Source of the DNA: Octopus sinensis
Taxonomy: Eukaryota
Direction of reading: 5' to 3'
NCBI RefSeq assembly: GCF_006345805.1
Contig: NC_043008.1
Location: forward strand, 63,674,001-63,738,000
DNA: 64,000 bases
How positions within the stretch are numbered: position 1 is the stretch's first letter; every line of letters begins with the position of its first letter. A program made the position numbers and the translations under genes. The notes beneath the pieces are model-generated. The model made no database searches. It was not told the DNA's origin and saw only the letters and a program-made list of their open reading frames with translations. Shown here one piece after another: positions 37,899 to 50,449 of this stretch.

Positions 37899-39671
37899 AA
37901 AAGTAATGAAATAAATACCACCAGGCTGTGAGTTGCTCTGTGGGTTATTCACTAACCTTGATTGCTTTAGTTTTACTGGGCTACAAAAAAAAAAACTGTT
38001 AATACTTCAAACCTTCCTATTTTCATCAAGGCTAAGCAGAAATTTTTGCAGAAGACTGGCAATTGTTTATACATTCATCTGACACTTACTATGCTACCAA
38101 TGTTTAACCAAGGGAAAAACCACTGACTGGGACTGACACAGCATACCAGTGTAGGCATTTCCATCAGAACACAAAGTAATGGAACAGACACAACCAGGCT
38201 GCAAGTTGCTCTGTGAATATTTTTTGCACATTAATATTTGTAATGGACTATTAAGCCCAAAAACTGTAAAAACTGTTGTGAGAGGTTCAATACCTCGCTT
38301 TGTTTATTTTGTTTTAAAAAAAAAAAGAACAATGTTTTAGAGAAGAAAATTGGCGGGTGTTTTTGCCTTCTCTCATCAATATCATCCTTATTTCATCATT
38401 CACCTCATCAATGTTTATGTCCAGCCCGCAGCTACTCTTTGTAATGCCTTTATGGCAAATTTATATGAAATAAAGTTGCTCTGTGAGTTACTCACTAACC
38501 TTGATTGCTTTAGCTTTACTATACTCAAAATCTTCCTACATTCATCACACTATTTAATTAGTCAAGTTTTATCACCAGTCCAGGTGAAATCATAAGCAAA
38601 ATTGTGTCATCATATTTTCTTTTGTCAGTTTTAATGTTCATCATATTGTCTGGACGTTGCCTATGAGCATTGAACTTAATGTTGACTTAAGCTGAGAAAT
38701 GGTTCTTGCTTTTTATACTTTACTTGGATTCTGCCTCTTAACACTTGATTTATTATTGACTTTTTAATTATTCATCCACTGGGGACATAAACAGTGTGAT
38801 GCATCGATTATAGAACACTATAATTTCCTAAAACATTTACCTTCCCTAGTCATGCATTAGGAAAACCACTAAACCATTTCACACTCATATAGTGCTTTAT
38901 TTTTAACAACCACTTCACAGTTATGGAGTCCTAAAATGAAAGCAATTGAAAATTATCGCATAATATTAGCTTGAGTTGCCAAATTTCAGCAGAATATATC
39001 CAGAATTAATATTCTTACATCAAAACTAAGTACCTATTATTGGAGCAGAAGTTACTGAAAATATCCAATATAAACTTACATTAAGTCTGTGTACGTGCAT
39101 GTCTGTGTGTATGTGTGTGTGTCCACACTGCCTGACTTTGCTCCACCTGTGTGTTTGTGTGGCTGTGTATGTGCTTATGTATACATGTGTGTGTGACAAC
39201 TGATCAGTTGCTGAATAAAACAATAAGGTGAAGGTAAGGAAAACAGATGGAGAAAGAAAGAAGGAAAGGGAGAAAAATTTTGGACAGAAAGAGGGCATGT
39301 TTTTTGTGTTACATCTAATGGTGTGTGTGTATGTGTTCATTGTTTTAACAGCAATGCATGTATAGCTATGTGTCTAGTCATAGTACTGTATCAGTAGCAA
39401 GCAGTTTCTATTTTATTATTTTGTGTACATCATTGATTAAGTTGAATATAAATGCAGATGTTGCTGAATACAAAGTGTTTCATTATAATTATCTGCATTC
39501 ATCTTTCAGAACATTCAGTCATCTGAAAGGTTACTTCTCTGTTTTTCTAACCTGTCATGGTTTAGGTGTATCTATTTCAGTTCATCGTCAAACCACTTTA
39601 CATGATGGTTTTTGCATCGGCTGACACAAATTACAAGAGATTAAAATAAAATGTTAATCTTTGTAGAATGT

Positions 39672-40053
39672 ACGAGCAAAACGCCCCTCCCCCATCCAAT
39701 GGACAATGCTGTGTTGTCAAACATTTAAACCAAATTTTCTCAAAATAACTTGTCCAACAGTCCCATAGGCCTCCCCTTTGAGAAACACTGATTTAACCTA
39801 AATTTGAGACACCAGCAAAAGAAGAAATAAAGATAGACTTTTTTCTATTCCAAGTAAAACGATTTTACAAATGCACGTTCCCACGGCTTTATCGATCGCA
39901 TTTTCACCTGGAATCGATTTTTGTAATTTTTTTCAAGACTTATACACGCCCTGATACCGTTGGTATCTACATATCAAATTTGAATGCAATCGGATGGAAG
40001 ATACCCGAGATCCTAGAAGCTACACACACACAGAACGGATTTTATATAATAGA
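39672..40053 (-). mobile_element. Non-autonomous Helitron-like element (family 2)
   Basis: 5' A|TCTATTATATAAAATC followed by a (TG)n tract; homologs at 42229 and 52213; no 3' CTAG seen. Confidence 0.7.
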
Positions 40054-41544
40054 TTGGGCAGAGCATCAGTTTAATGGCCTTCCAATCATCAGCCAGTATA
40101 CTTCATCAACTGGGTATGAATGACAGAAACAGGTATTTCTATCACTCCAATGAAACACAGAGTATTCTCTTAAAAGTTTTAATTAGTTGGCTGGTTGGGT
40201 GGGTGGGTGGGTGGGTGGGTTGGTTGGTGGGGGTGGGTCGGTCGGTTGTTTGGTTGGTCAGCTGGTTGAGTGCTGAGTTAGTCCAGCCTATACACCTGAG
40301 CTTCAGACAATAGTTTAACAGTAATTTTCTTAATCAGTCAGGTGTTATTCTCTATCATAATTTTCCCCATCTACTTCTTCCTTGTGGCGTCCATTTCAAT
40401 GCTGTTTTGCATATCAATGAATTGATATTCACAGAACAATTACTTGCTAATGTCTAAATTTTCAGTCATTCTTTTACCAAGTTTCGGGGTCTGTGTGATG
40501 ATCATCATAAAATTTCATTATGCCAGAGATAATTAATGTACAACATTCTTGAGATTTTTATCAATTTAGTGAAAGACATTCAACTTTTTCATGAATGTAG
40601 CAGTTTCCTTCTACATTTCACTCCAAAAAATACCCATTGGTATTATGATGATATTCTGCTGGAGAATCAATGTGTGTTGAACGTATTCACAGAGCAAAGT
40701 TTGTACATTCTTTGAAACACTGTTGTCATCTTTCCTATTCTGTATTTGACCCTTCTTTTAAAGCAGTGGTGCTCAATTGGGGCCCATATGGACTCTGAGA
40801 GTCATTATAAGGCCTCTGAGAGTCAATATAATGAATTTTCGAAACATGTGTCGAAAGTAAAAATATTTGATTACACCTGCGTTAAATTCCATTTATTTAT
40901 TCATATATATATATATATACATATGTATGTATATATCAAAATTATTTTACTTATTAAAAAACAGCTATACCAACAATCCAACATACCTCCATCGTCAGCT
41001 GCCCAACAGATATCATTATGGTTTTGACACCTGGGCAGTACCAACAGCACTAAAATAAGTGTTGTATGGGAATAAACATACCAAAGAAACCATAACTTCC
41101 AAGCACATTTACCCTAAATAGAGAGGAGCAACTAGCTACCAGGAACTTTTTATTGAGGAGCTGCTTCATCCAATGAGCGTTACTTGGTATAAGTTAGTAG
41201 CTTCTAAGCTGAAGTGAAAACAGTATGTTCTCTATCTATCTCCTTACCTTCTTGGAGACGTTAGGTAAAATTATAATGTGTCCATCTGTTTTAATTTAAT
41301 TAAATTCTATGTCTTTATGCAGCTGAGGATTGCTCTGCATTTGAATTGATGCAATGATTGCATTGTTCAATTAAATGAAGTTGCATGAAATGATAGTACT
41401 GCATTACCTCTGGATATCCTTGCCGCTTATTTTGATTTTATATGTTTATATATATATATATAAAAGTATGTATATAATATGCATATTATGAATATGTAAG
41501 TGCATTTCTGGCCTGTCCTTGTATTTGTCCTTATAACACACTAA

Positions 41545-41757
41545 ACAGCCAGTGTTCCTACATATTTAAGGGCAAGACAATGGCTGATGCAGCTTGGTGC
41601 CAGTGATGTTGCAGCCCAGTTTTACAGCTGAATGAACTGAAGTAATGTGAAATAAAGTGTTTTGCTCAATAACACAACACATAGCCCAGTCCAGGAATTG
41701 AACTCACTACCTCATGATCGTGAACCAGATGCTCTAACCACTGAGCCATGTGCCTTC
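41545..41757 (-). mobile_element. SINE head H2 + truncated T4-like tail
   Basis: Reverse complement gaaggcacatggctcagtggttagagc...gagttcaattcctggac. Confidence 0.8.
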
Positions 41758-42085
41758 ACATGAATGGCTAAACATTAATAAAACTGTGAAAAACAACACT
41801 TTAACTAAAATACTTGAGCAAAATTACAGATGGAGATAATATTTTAAGGACATTAGCCTTGTTGGAGAATATTTCCCTTTGACCATGAAAGAAATTAATT
41901 TAATAAAAATTACATGAGCTTCTAAAGACAGCTAACTTTACATGTAGTCTACTAAAACATCCAATTAATGGTTTAAACAAAGTTAGCATTATTAAATACT
42001 AAGTAGGCTATAAAGAAGAAAAAATATCAAACACTTCTTTGATTGTTGTAAGTAAATTTAATATAATTTACAATCAAGACCAGAA

Positions 42086-42087
<2 letters not shown>

Positions 42088-42150
<63 letters not shown>

Positions 42151-42160
42151 ATATATATAT
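42088..42160. repeat. (TA)n microsatellite
   Basis: Directly visible. Confidence 0.95.
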
Positions 42161-42228
42161 AAATATAATACATACATAAATTAATATATATATAGATAAA
42201 TTAATACATATGTGTGTGTGTATATATA

Positions 42229-42579
42229 TCTATTATATAAAATCTGTTCTGCATGTCTGTGTGTGTCTTCTAGGATCTCGGGCATCCTCCATCCGATTGT
42301 GCTCAAATGTGATATGTAGATACCAACGGTATCAGGGCATGTATAAGTCTTGAAAAAATTACAAAAATCAATTCCAAGTAAAGTGAATAAAATCGTTTTT
42401 CTTTGGAATAGAAAAACGTCTATCTCTATTTCTTTTTTTTGCTGGTGTCTCAAATTTAGGTTAAATCAGTGTTTCTGAAAGGAGAGGCCTATGGGATGGT
42501 CGGACAAGTTGTTTTGAGAAAATTTGGTTTAAATGTTTGACAACTCAGCACCATTCATTGGACAGGAGGCGTTTTGTTC

Positions 42580-42580
<1 letters not shown>
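42229..42580 (+). mobile_element. Non-autonomous Helitron-like element (family 2)
   Basis: A|TCTATTATATAAAATCTG; inverted copy of 39672-40053. Confidence 0.7.
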
Positions 42581-42611
<31 letters not shown>

Positions 42612-43284
42612 TATATGTATATGTATGTGTGTATATATTATTTCATTCTTTTGCTTACAAGGTTTTGGTTAGCCTGAGGCTATAGTAGAAGACATTTGCT
42701 CAGGGTACTACACAGCCATACCTGCCCCTATATATACATATATATGTATGTATGATAGCTCTGCATTGCCAAGACTTGAAAAAATATAGCAAAAAATAAA
42801 AAGGGTACAGTGAAGGAGAGAAAAAAAAAGAAATAGTTGTAAATAAGTGTTATTCTCGTATAAGCAGTGGCACTTGTTTCTAATCTTTTGCAAACTCCAT
42901 GGAAACAAGTGAGGGATGATGACAGGAAAATTAAATGGTCATAGAAAATCTGTCCCCTTAAATTATGTCTGAACCATGGAAGCATGAAAAAAAACAGAAG
43001 ATAAAACATTGATAATGATAGTGGTGATGATGATGATGATGATGTAGTGTTGCTAATGTGTCTTAAAACCTGACCTAGCATTAGTTTACAGTCCTTTTTT
43101 GTTGCTAATGCTACATCTGTAAGTTTAAATCAGTCTTCTTTTTATCATTTTGCTGTCAACATGACATATTTAATCCCTAGCCTTTATCAATTTGGAACAA
43201 TTAAATATTCCCAGTAAGAGGTTTATATACAATATACCGCTTGTTTCTAGTCACCGTTTCTAGAATGGCACCAGTATTGTCAAG

Positions 43285-43505
43285 TGCAGTAAGGCAGAGA
43301 GCTGGTAGAATTACCAGCTTGGCAGACAAACAGCTTAGTGCCATTTTGTCTGTCGTAACGTTCTGAGTTAAAATTTGATTCGTAATTGATTTTGCCTTTC
43401 ATCCTTCTGGGGTTGATAAAATATTAATCCCAGTTGACTACTGGGGTTAATATAATTGATTTACTGTTTCCCCTGAAATTGTTAGCCTTGCACCAGAATT
43501 TGAAA
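43285..43505 (+). mobile_element. Old C-type SINE
   Basis: gagctggtagaat...ttctgagttaaaat...tttgcctttcatcc. Confidence 0.7.
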
Positions 43506-43594
43506 TATGAAATTAATATTTTCAAGTGCAGTAGTTGGTTTGAAACAAATAGTGACAATCTGACCCATTATATGTCATAATGATTTCAAAATTT

Positions 43595-44012
43595 TGTGGG
43601 AGTGGCTGTGATAAGTAGCTTGCTTATGAACTGCATGGTTCTGGGTTCAGTCCCACTGCATGGCACCTTGGGCAAGTGTCTTCTACTATAGCCTCAGGCT
43701 GACCAAAGTCTTGTGAGTGGATTTGGTAGATGGAAACTGAAAGAAGCCTGTTGTATATATTTATATATATGTATGTGTGTATGTATATATGTTTGTGTAT
43801 CTGTGTTTCTCCCCCCAATATCACTTGACAACCGATGCTGGTGTGTTTACATCCCTGTAACTTAGCGGTTCGGCAAAAGAGACCGATAGAATAAGTACTA
43901 AGCTTACAAAGAATAAGTCCTGGGGTCGATTTGCTCGGCTAAAGGTGGTGCTCCAGCATGGCCACAGTCAAATGACTGAAACAAGTAAAAGAGTAAAAAG
44001 AGTAAAGAGTAA
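43595..44012 (+). mobile_element. SINE family A, full length
   Basis: Head, body and tail match. Confidence 0.95.
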
Positions 44013-44019
44013 AGCCAGC

Positions 44020-44200
44020 AAGTTCAAGGGAGCGTGTAAATCAATTACATTGACCCCAGTGCTCAACCGGTACTAATTTCATCGACCCTGAATAAATGAA
44101 AGGCAAAGTCAACCACAGCAGAATTTGAATTCAGAATGTAGTAGGACGAAACACTGCTAATCATTTTACCTGATATACAAACAATTTTGTGAGCTTACCA
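44020..44200 (-). mobile_element. C-type SINE, partial
   Basis: gaccccagtgc...atcgaccc...aaggcaaagtc...tttgaattcagaa. Confidence 0.75.
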
Positions 44201-44213
44201 CCTTTCCATTATA

Positions 44214-44714
44214 CAAGAGGGTGCTGAAAATTTCCTGGCTTTAAGGCTATTGTGAAAGATCTGTTTGGAGGCCCAATTTCTGAGTTCTTTTACAGGGTTT
44301 AGAAATGTGGTGTATGCTGGAGATCTGAAGTAAGACACCTACCTTCTCTTCGTCGATGTAGACCTCTCTGGTGGTAACGCACCCTTCCATGTGGCCCAAC
44401 CCAAACGCTAAAAATAGCAGCTGCTTTTCCCTCACCTTGTCAAAGTGCTCACACGTCCAGCACTGTCGGGTACCCCGATCGAAAAGCCCCAATCGTCCCC
44501 TGCCTGCGCGCACATCACTCCTGCACCCTTCCTCTTCTGGTCAGCTCCAAAGTTCTGTTCAGCTCCCCAGCTGCTGACGTCATCCCACAAGAAAAACTAA
44601 AGAACTACTACAATAAGTGTATGTATCTGAGAGGGGAGTATGTTGAATAAAATCATAACTGATCCTCCTACATTTTCTTTTGCCCAAAACCAGGAACTTT
44701 TCAGCACCTTCTTA
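44214..44714. mobile_element. Mariner-type MITE carrying an insertion
   Basis: TA-flanked TIRs CAAGAGGGTGCTGAAAATTTCCTGG / CCAGGAACTTTTCAGCACCTTCTTA; empty relative at 57697-57903. Confidence 0.85.
44306..44589. mobile_element. Probable solo LTR
   Basis: 284 bp, GC-rich, TGTGG...CCACA termini, 5-bp TSD AGAAA (44301-05 and 44590-94). No AATAAA seen. Confidence 0.55.
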
Positions 44715-44989
44715 TATGACATAATGAGTAACATTACTAATTGAAAAAAATGAACTGCTCTGTCATACCGAGTGTGATTTTCTTCTGATTTACAGACATT
44801 TCACTAATAGTAGCATATATATACTTTTTGCAACCGGATCTTCTAGGACATAAACACTATAAATAATAGAAACTCTGTCATATTGAGTGTTAGAAAAACC
44901 ATTTTAGAAAGAAAATGTCATAGGCTGCCTTTGAGACATAAATTCACATCTCCTGTAACCAGCGCCTTTCTCTATCCAAAATGGTTTTC

Positions 44990-45210
44990 CAGCCTATAGC
45001 ATTTAATTTAGAATGTAAAAAGCGATGAAACGTCATGCCTTGTGACATTTCATTTGTCTTTATGCTCTGAGTTCAAATCTCACTGAAGTCAGCTTAGCCT
45101 TTTGTCTTTTCAGGGATTGAAAAAATAAGTGCCTGTCAAGTACTGGGGGCAGTGTATTCATTTAGCACCACTTCCCCCAAAATTTCAAGCCTTTGTTCCA
45201 ATAGCAGAAA
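44990..45210 (+). mobile_element. Old C-type SINE
   Basis: ctctgagttcaaatctcactgaagtcagc...gtactggggg. Confidence 0.65.
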
Positions 45211-45377
45211 GGATTATTTATAGAATTTATGTGCTTCAAGATCGAGTTCCGAAAGAATTATTTCCCATTCTTTTGCAAGTCTATATATTCTTATGATACT
45301 GACTATATACATACATACATACATACATGCATATACACACACACAAACACACACACATATATGTATACATACATAGT

Positions 45378-45712
45378 GAAAGCACATGGCTTAGTGTTTA
45401 GAGCATTGGGCTTACAATCATGAGGTTGTGAGTTCGATTCCTGGACCGGGCTGCGTATTGTAATCTTGAGCAAGACACTTCATTTCACATTGCTCTAATT
45501 CACTCAGCTGCAAAAATTAGTTGTGACACCACTGGTGCCAAGCTGTATTGGCCCCTTTGCCTTTCTCTTTGACAGCATCAGTGGCATGGAGATGGGAGAT
45601 TTGTATGCATGGATGATTGGTGGTCTAACACAAGCAACTTTGCCTGGACTTGTACCATGGAGGGAAACTTTTTGCTGCAATTCTTGGTCATTGGTGAACA
45701 AAGGGGTTCTTT
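45378..45712 (+). mobile_element. SINE head H2 + tail T4
   Basis: gcacatggcttagtg...gagttcgattcctggaccgggc; tail related to 52772-53070. Confidence 0.85.
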
Positions 45713-45714
45713 TA

Positions 45715-45816
<102 letters not shown>

Positions 45817-45844
45817 AAAAAAGCAACAAGAATGGATCAATATA

Positions 45845-45929
45845 TCGGTACAATTGTTTTGTACGAAGACATCTTTAATAAGGCTACAAAAATTGCAGTA
45901 AATATAGGTAACTCGTACTCATCAGCCGA
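45845..45929 (-). ncRNA. Minimal type-I hammerhead ribozyme, decayed (G12A)
   Basis: TCGG-CTGATGA-GTACGA-[46 nt]-TCGTAC-AAAA-CAATTG-TA-CCGA. Confidence 0.75.
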
Positions 45930-46242
45930 AAAAACATCTGAGATTCCCAAACATCAAAGAGGGTGATGTTACACTCGTGAGACATCATGGAAAGTTCTAT
46001 AAAAATGAGATTTAGGTAACAAATTGGTTTCTAAAAGTTCTATTAGTATTACACAGTCATATATCAGGTTTTTAAATGATTTTTTCAAAACTTCTTAGTT
46101 TTCCAGAAAGTGAAGATGAAAGTGAGGGTGTGAGTACCATATTAAGTTAAGCACCAAGTTAAGTACCATATTCATGTGAATTCAACAGAACTCACTTGAA
46201 TCTTAATTGCTTATACCATATATATATATATATGTATTCACG

Positions 46243-46540
46243 AAGGTTCAATGGCCCATTGGTTAGGGCAGTGGACTTGCAGTCGTAGGATCGCAGTTTC
46301 GACTCCCAGACCGGGCGTTGTGAGTGTTTATTGAGCAAAAATACCTAAAGCCACGAGGCTCCAGCAGGAGGTGGTGGTGATCCCTGCTGTACTCTTTTGC
46401 CACAACTTTCTCTCACTCTTTCTTCTGTTGGTCTGCTCGCTTAGCCAGCTGGGTGGTGTCATGTGAAGGCTAAAACAATGCGAAGCGTATTGTGACCAGC
46501 GATATGTAGCAACATCTGATAGCCTGGTCAGTCATGGTGA
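46243..46540 (+). mobile_element. SINE head H1 + tail T3
   Basis: H1 head as at 51190 with an unrelated 3' tail (gcttagccagc...ctggtcagtcatggtga). Confidence 0.9.
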
Positions 46541-47251
46541 TATATATATATATATACATATACAAAAATACAAACATACACATAAATTCATGTGTCCATG
46601 GCTATATAGTGTCTCCCAGTTTTTTCACTCCTCCTACTTCCCTCAACATGCTTCAAATCTGCTGATGTTTTTATTTTTTTTCTTCTCTTTAAACATTGCC
46701 AACTTCATCTACAAACATTCCTGAACTCTTCTGCCTCTATCAGGAGAACCCTGCTCTTGTTTCTTCTGCACATCAGTAGTATAAAAGGATGCATTTATAT
46801 TCTTATGTAACCGACAACGAAACTCGATAATATTTAAATTCATTCCAGTTTTAATTTACACTATGCTCTGCACAACTAGATATCTTTGAAATCTTTAATT
46901 TTAAAACATGGCTAATCTTGTCTGAGACTATATACATATCCAGGAATATTTTGAGGATAATCAGAGATGAAACTAATAGAAATACATTGTAGATATAAAT
47001 GCTGCAAATATAGATTCCAAAGTTGGGGTTAATAGTCCAGCAAATCATCTCAGACATTTTGACTAAGAATAACTTTGTTTCAGACATTTAGACATTTAAC
47101 CTAACAAAATTTGTTAGAAATAACTCTCTCTCTCTCTCTCTGTCCCTCTTTGTGTGCATGTGTATGTATGCATGTACACATGCACACATGTGTGTGTATA
47201 TACAAATGAAAGAATGTGCTAATATATATATATACACATACATACATACAT

Positions 47252-47310
<59 letters not shown>

Positions 47311-47412
47311 TATATATATATAAATATACATACATATATATGTGTAATGTGTATATATATATACTTACATGCAGATACATATATATTTAAGTAAATATTA
47401 TTATTATTGATG

Positions 47413-47690
47413 GGCTTGTCTGAGATGCGTGCTCAGTTATGAAACCATTTCGGACACCATCATTCAGTGTCCAGGCGTTGCTGACTTGTGGGGTTATGTT
47501 GAACAACTGCCGTCACATGTGGGACAGATTCATCTGTTGACCGAGTACATAGTAATGATCGCACTGCCATCCACCTTCAATCAGACAGGCTAGGCAGTTT
47601 TCCTTTGCCTGGTAGCTGTGGTGAAAGAGGTTGTTTGATGGACAAGGCTGAAAGGCAGCATCGCAGTTCATACCTATGCATTGTACAATC
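47413..47690 (+). pseudogene. L1/Tx1-like ORF2 C-terminal remnant
   Basis: CLRCVLSYETISDTIIQCPGVADLWGYVEQL...AVFLCLVAVVKEVV*WTRLKG resembles the CCHC-type C-terminus of L1/Tx1 ORF2. Confidence 0.6.
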
Positions 47691-47969
47691 CAGTCTTCAC
47701 TCTCAGAGTTCAAATAACTACCATGACTGCTGATAATGAGTGTATGTGTGTGTGTGTGTGTTCCTGCTGTATATGTTTGTGTTTTCTTCTTACAAATGAA
47801 TGGCACCATCATACATGTGGTGTTCTTTTATTTCCAGTCCTCCATGAAATCATGACTGGCCACATGACGATATGACCTTACTTAAGAAACAGGCTAGGGT
47901 TGGCAACAAGTTTTTTCCTATGCATATGAATATGTAAAAGTGGACGTTAAAACGACAATGAGGATTATT

Positions 47970-49390
47970 TAGGATTTTTCTTTTAATTTTCCACAGTCTC
48001 CACTATAAATACTAGATCATCAGCATATAGAAGCTCTCTTGGGAGATGGGATTGATCTTATCGAAGTTGGATGCAGAGTGTTTGTTGGACACAGTGTGAG
48101 ACGTCTGTTGTTATCGTTGGTCCTAACTCATTGTAAAGTCAATACCACCATGACAGATATCCAAACTACAGTGGAGAAGGCTAGTCACTGGATTTCCACC
48201 CAGCTTGTAACCTCAATAGACCTTTTGACCATAAAATTTTCAACATGTAGATATAAATGCTGCAAATATAGATTCCAAAGTTGGGGTTAATAGTCAAGCA
48301 AATCATCTCAGACAAGAGACGATGAGCGATGGCTAGAAGAATATTGAGCTTTATTTGATAACCAGTTGATCTAGCAAGCGGGGCCTCATATCAGTGAGGT
48401 GGGGGGGGGGTGCGCAAAAAATGCCGTCAAGTGGTAGGCCCCGAAACAGTGCGAATTCTCTCCTGATAACCCCCATACACTTGCTGGCTTCCGGTATGTG
48501 GAGTTTTTGACTGGTAGCACTTTTATGTGCAAGTTGTTTGCAAGACATCTTTGGTGGCCTGCAGGATTATGATAAATAAAAAACTGCCAAGAACCAAGCC
48601 ATATTGAACTCCTACTTGTATTCTGAATTACTTACTGGATTCATTTCAAACCTTTATTTTGTTAACTGCACAGCTTTCACCAACCATTTTTCATCTCTTT
48701 GTTTACATGCTTATCACCAGACTATTGATCAGTTCAGTTAAAGGCCTTCTCTAGATCACCAGATACTAGGTCGTGTAGTTTATACTTGGTAAGTAAATAC
48801 CTTTGCTGCTGTTTCACTATGAAGAAAGCATCAGTGATACTTCCACCCAGTACAAACTTGAAATGCATTTCATCTAACTGGATTTAATCTCTGATCAATT
48901 GTGCCATGATTCTTTATCTTCTTTTGAGGAATTGATCTATTATATCTCTATGTTGCTTCTTTCTAGAGTTTTGTTTTTTCTTTTGTAACAGTTGATCATT
49001 ATACTGCTATGCCAGTCATTAGGTATACCACCTCCCTGTATAACTTGGTTGAAGATATGGTTCACAAACTCGAGCCTTGTTTCACCAGATATTTTCATGA
49101 ACTCAGCATCAGTACCAAATGGACCAGCTCCCTTCCTTCAGCTTGTAACCTCAATAGACCTTTTGACCATAAAATTTTCAACTTCAATAACTGATCCCTC
49201 ATTTGGATACATTTTAGGAAGATTTTCATCCTTTCACAGAGTTTTAACATTCAGTAATATCCCAAAATGAGATTGCCAAGGTTTTTCTTTCTTCTCATCA
49301 TTGTTTTGGGAAAGATCACCTGTATCATTTCAGAGACACTTTTTTTTCCAGCTGTAAGTTACCTCATCCTGATACTCTCTATTGCAACTC
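47970..49390 (-). pseudogene. Decayed RTE-type LINE reverse transcriptase, interrupted at ~48045-48535
   Basis: KGAGPFGTDAEFMK...IPNDWHSSIMINCYK, GDLEKAFN, ILQA, then PRELLYADDL at 48010-48042. Confidence 0.88.
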
Positions 49391-49489
49391 AGACTACTTC
49401 AGCAAAATAATTTATGTGGCTTCTCTCTGTGCTTCTGTAGTTTAACTTACTTTCAAGTGATATGGCATTCCACTTCATGGCAAATTTAT

Positions 49490-50105
49490 ATAGAGGGGCT
49501 GTGTGGTAAGATGTTTGCTCCCCAACCAGATGGTTCTGAGTTCAGTCCAACTGCACAGCTCTTTGGGCAAGTATCTTCTACTATAGCCTTAGGCCAAACA
49601 AAACCTTGTGAGTGGATTGGTAGATGGAAACTAAAAGAAGCCTGTCTTATGTGTATGTGTATATATGTATATATGTGTGTGTATGTGTGTCTGTATATAT
49701 ATATGTGTGTGTGTATATATATATGTTTATATGTGTATGTATATATTTGTATATATATGTATGTGTATATATATGTATATATATGTATATGCATATTTAA
49801 ATAAAATGAGACCACAACGCCAAGGCTGTGTGAAGTTTTCAGGACATCTATAACGAGAAAGTTAGTCTTACAGCTGTTTCTGGAATATTAGGGATATCTC
49901 TTTATCAGAGACGATGTGAGATGGTTAAATATATATATATATCAGTGTGTGTGAATCTTTGTGTCTTTGTTTGTCCACCATCACCACTTGACAACCGTTG
50001 TTAGTCCATTTACATCCCTGTAACTTTGTAGTTCAGCAAAAGAGACTGATAGAAATGTACCAGATTTAAAAAGAAAAAAAAGTCCTAGGGTTGATTAGTT
50101 TGACA
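49490..50105 (+). mobile_element. SINE family A with a Penelope-like piece in its central microsatellite
   Basis: Head 49490-49650; tail resumes ~49940; insert 49805-49925. Confidence 0.8.
49865..49912 (-). ncRNA. Minimal hammerhead ribozyme, decayed (G8A)
   Basis: GTCT-CTGATAA-...-GAAA-CAGCTG-TA-AGAC; same family as 6604-6681. Confidence 0.6.
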
Positions 50106-50227
50106 AAATATACATGAACAGTGAACACCATAAAATAAGCATTAATAGTATTCATTATTTAATTAAATGACCATTGTCTTTTCCAGTCAAAGTGTGATAA
50201 AGTTTGTCTTGATTTCTGTACATTTAA

Positions 50228-50448
50228 CCCTTTCATTACCAACCCGGCCGAAACCGGCTCTGGCTCTGTTGTACAAATGTCTTGTTTTCTTAAGGTTTTA
50301 ATTAAAATCTTCCACCGAACCTTAGTCACAATTTATGTTCCTAATACTAGCTGGATGATAACTAAGTTATTTTACTAAATTCTTTGTTATATTTAAAGTA
50401 ATTGAAAGAAACACAGAGCATCTCAAAATAAATACAGTAACAAAAGGA
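50228..50448. mobile_element. piggyBac-type MITE
   Basis: TTAA|CCCTTTCATTAC left end; degenerate right end GTAACAAAAGGA|TGAA. Confidence 0.65.
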
Positions 50449-50449
50449 T

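Noticed and set aside
40763-40790. hAT-like end CAGTGGTGCTCAA
   Set aside because: No matching second TIR or TSD found.
44247-44577. GC-rich ORFs with GT donors as host exons
   Set aside because: They lie within a TSD-flanked insertion inside a MITE.
46851-47087. Membrane-protein-like ORF or mitochondrial insertion
   Set aside because: No recognisable mitochondrial or nuclear protein motif; kept only as the donor of the 69-bp templated copy.
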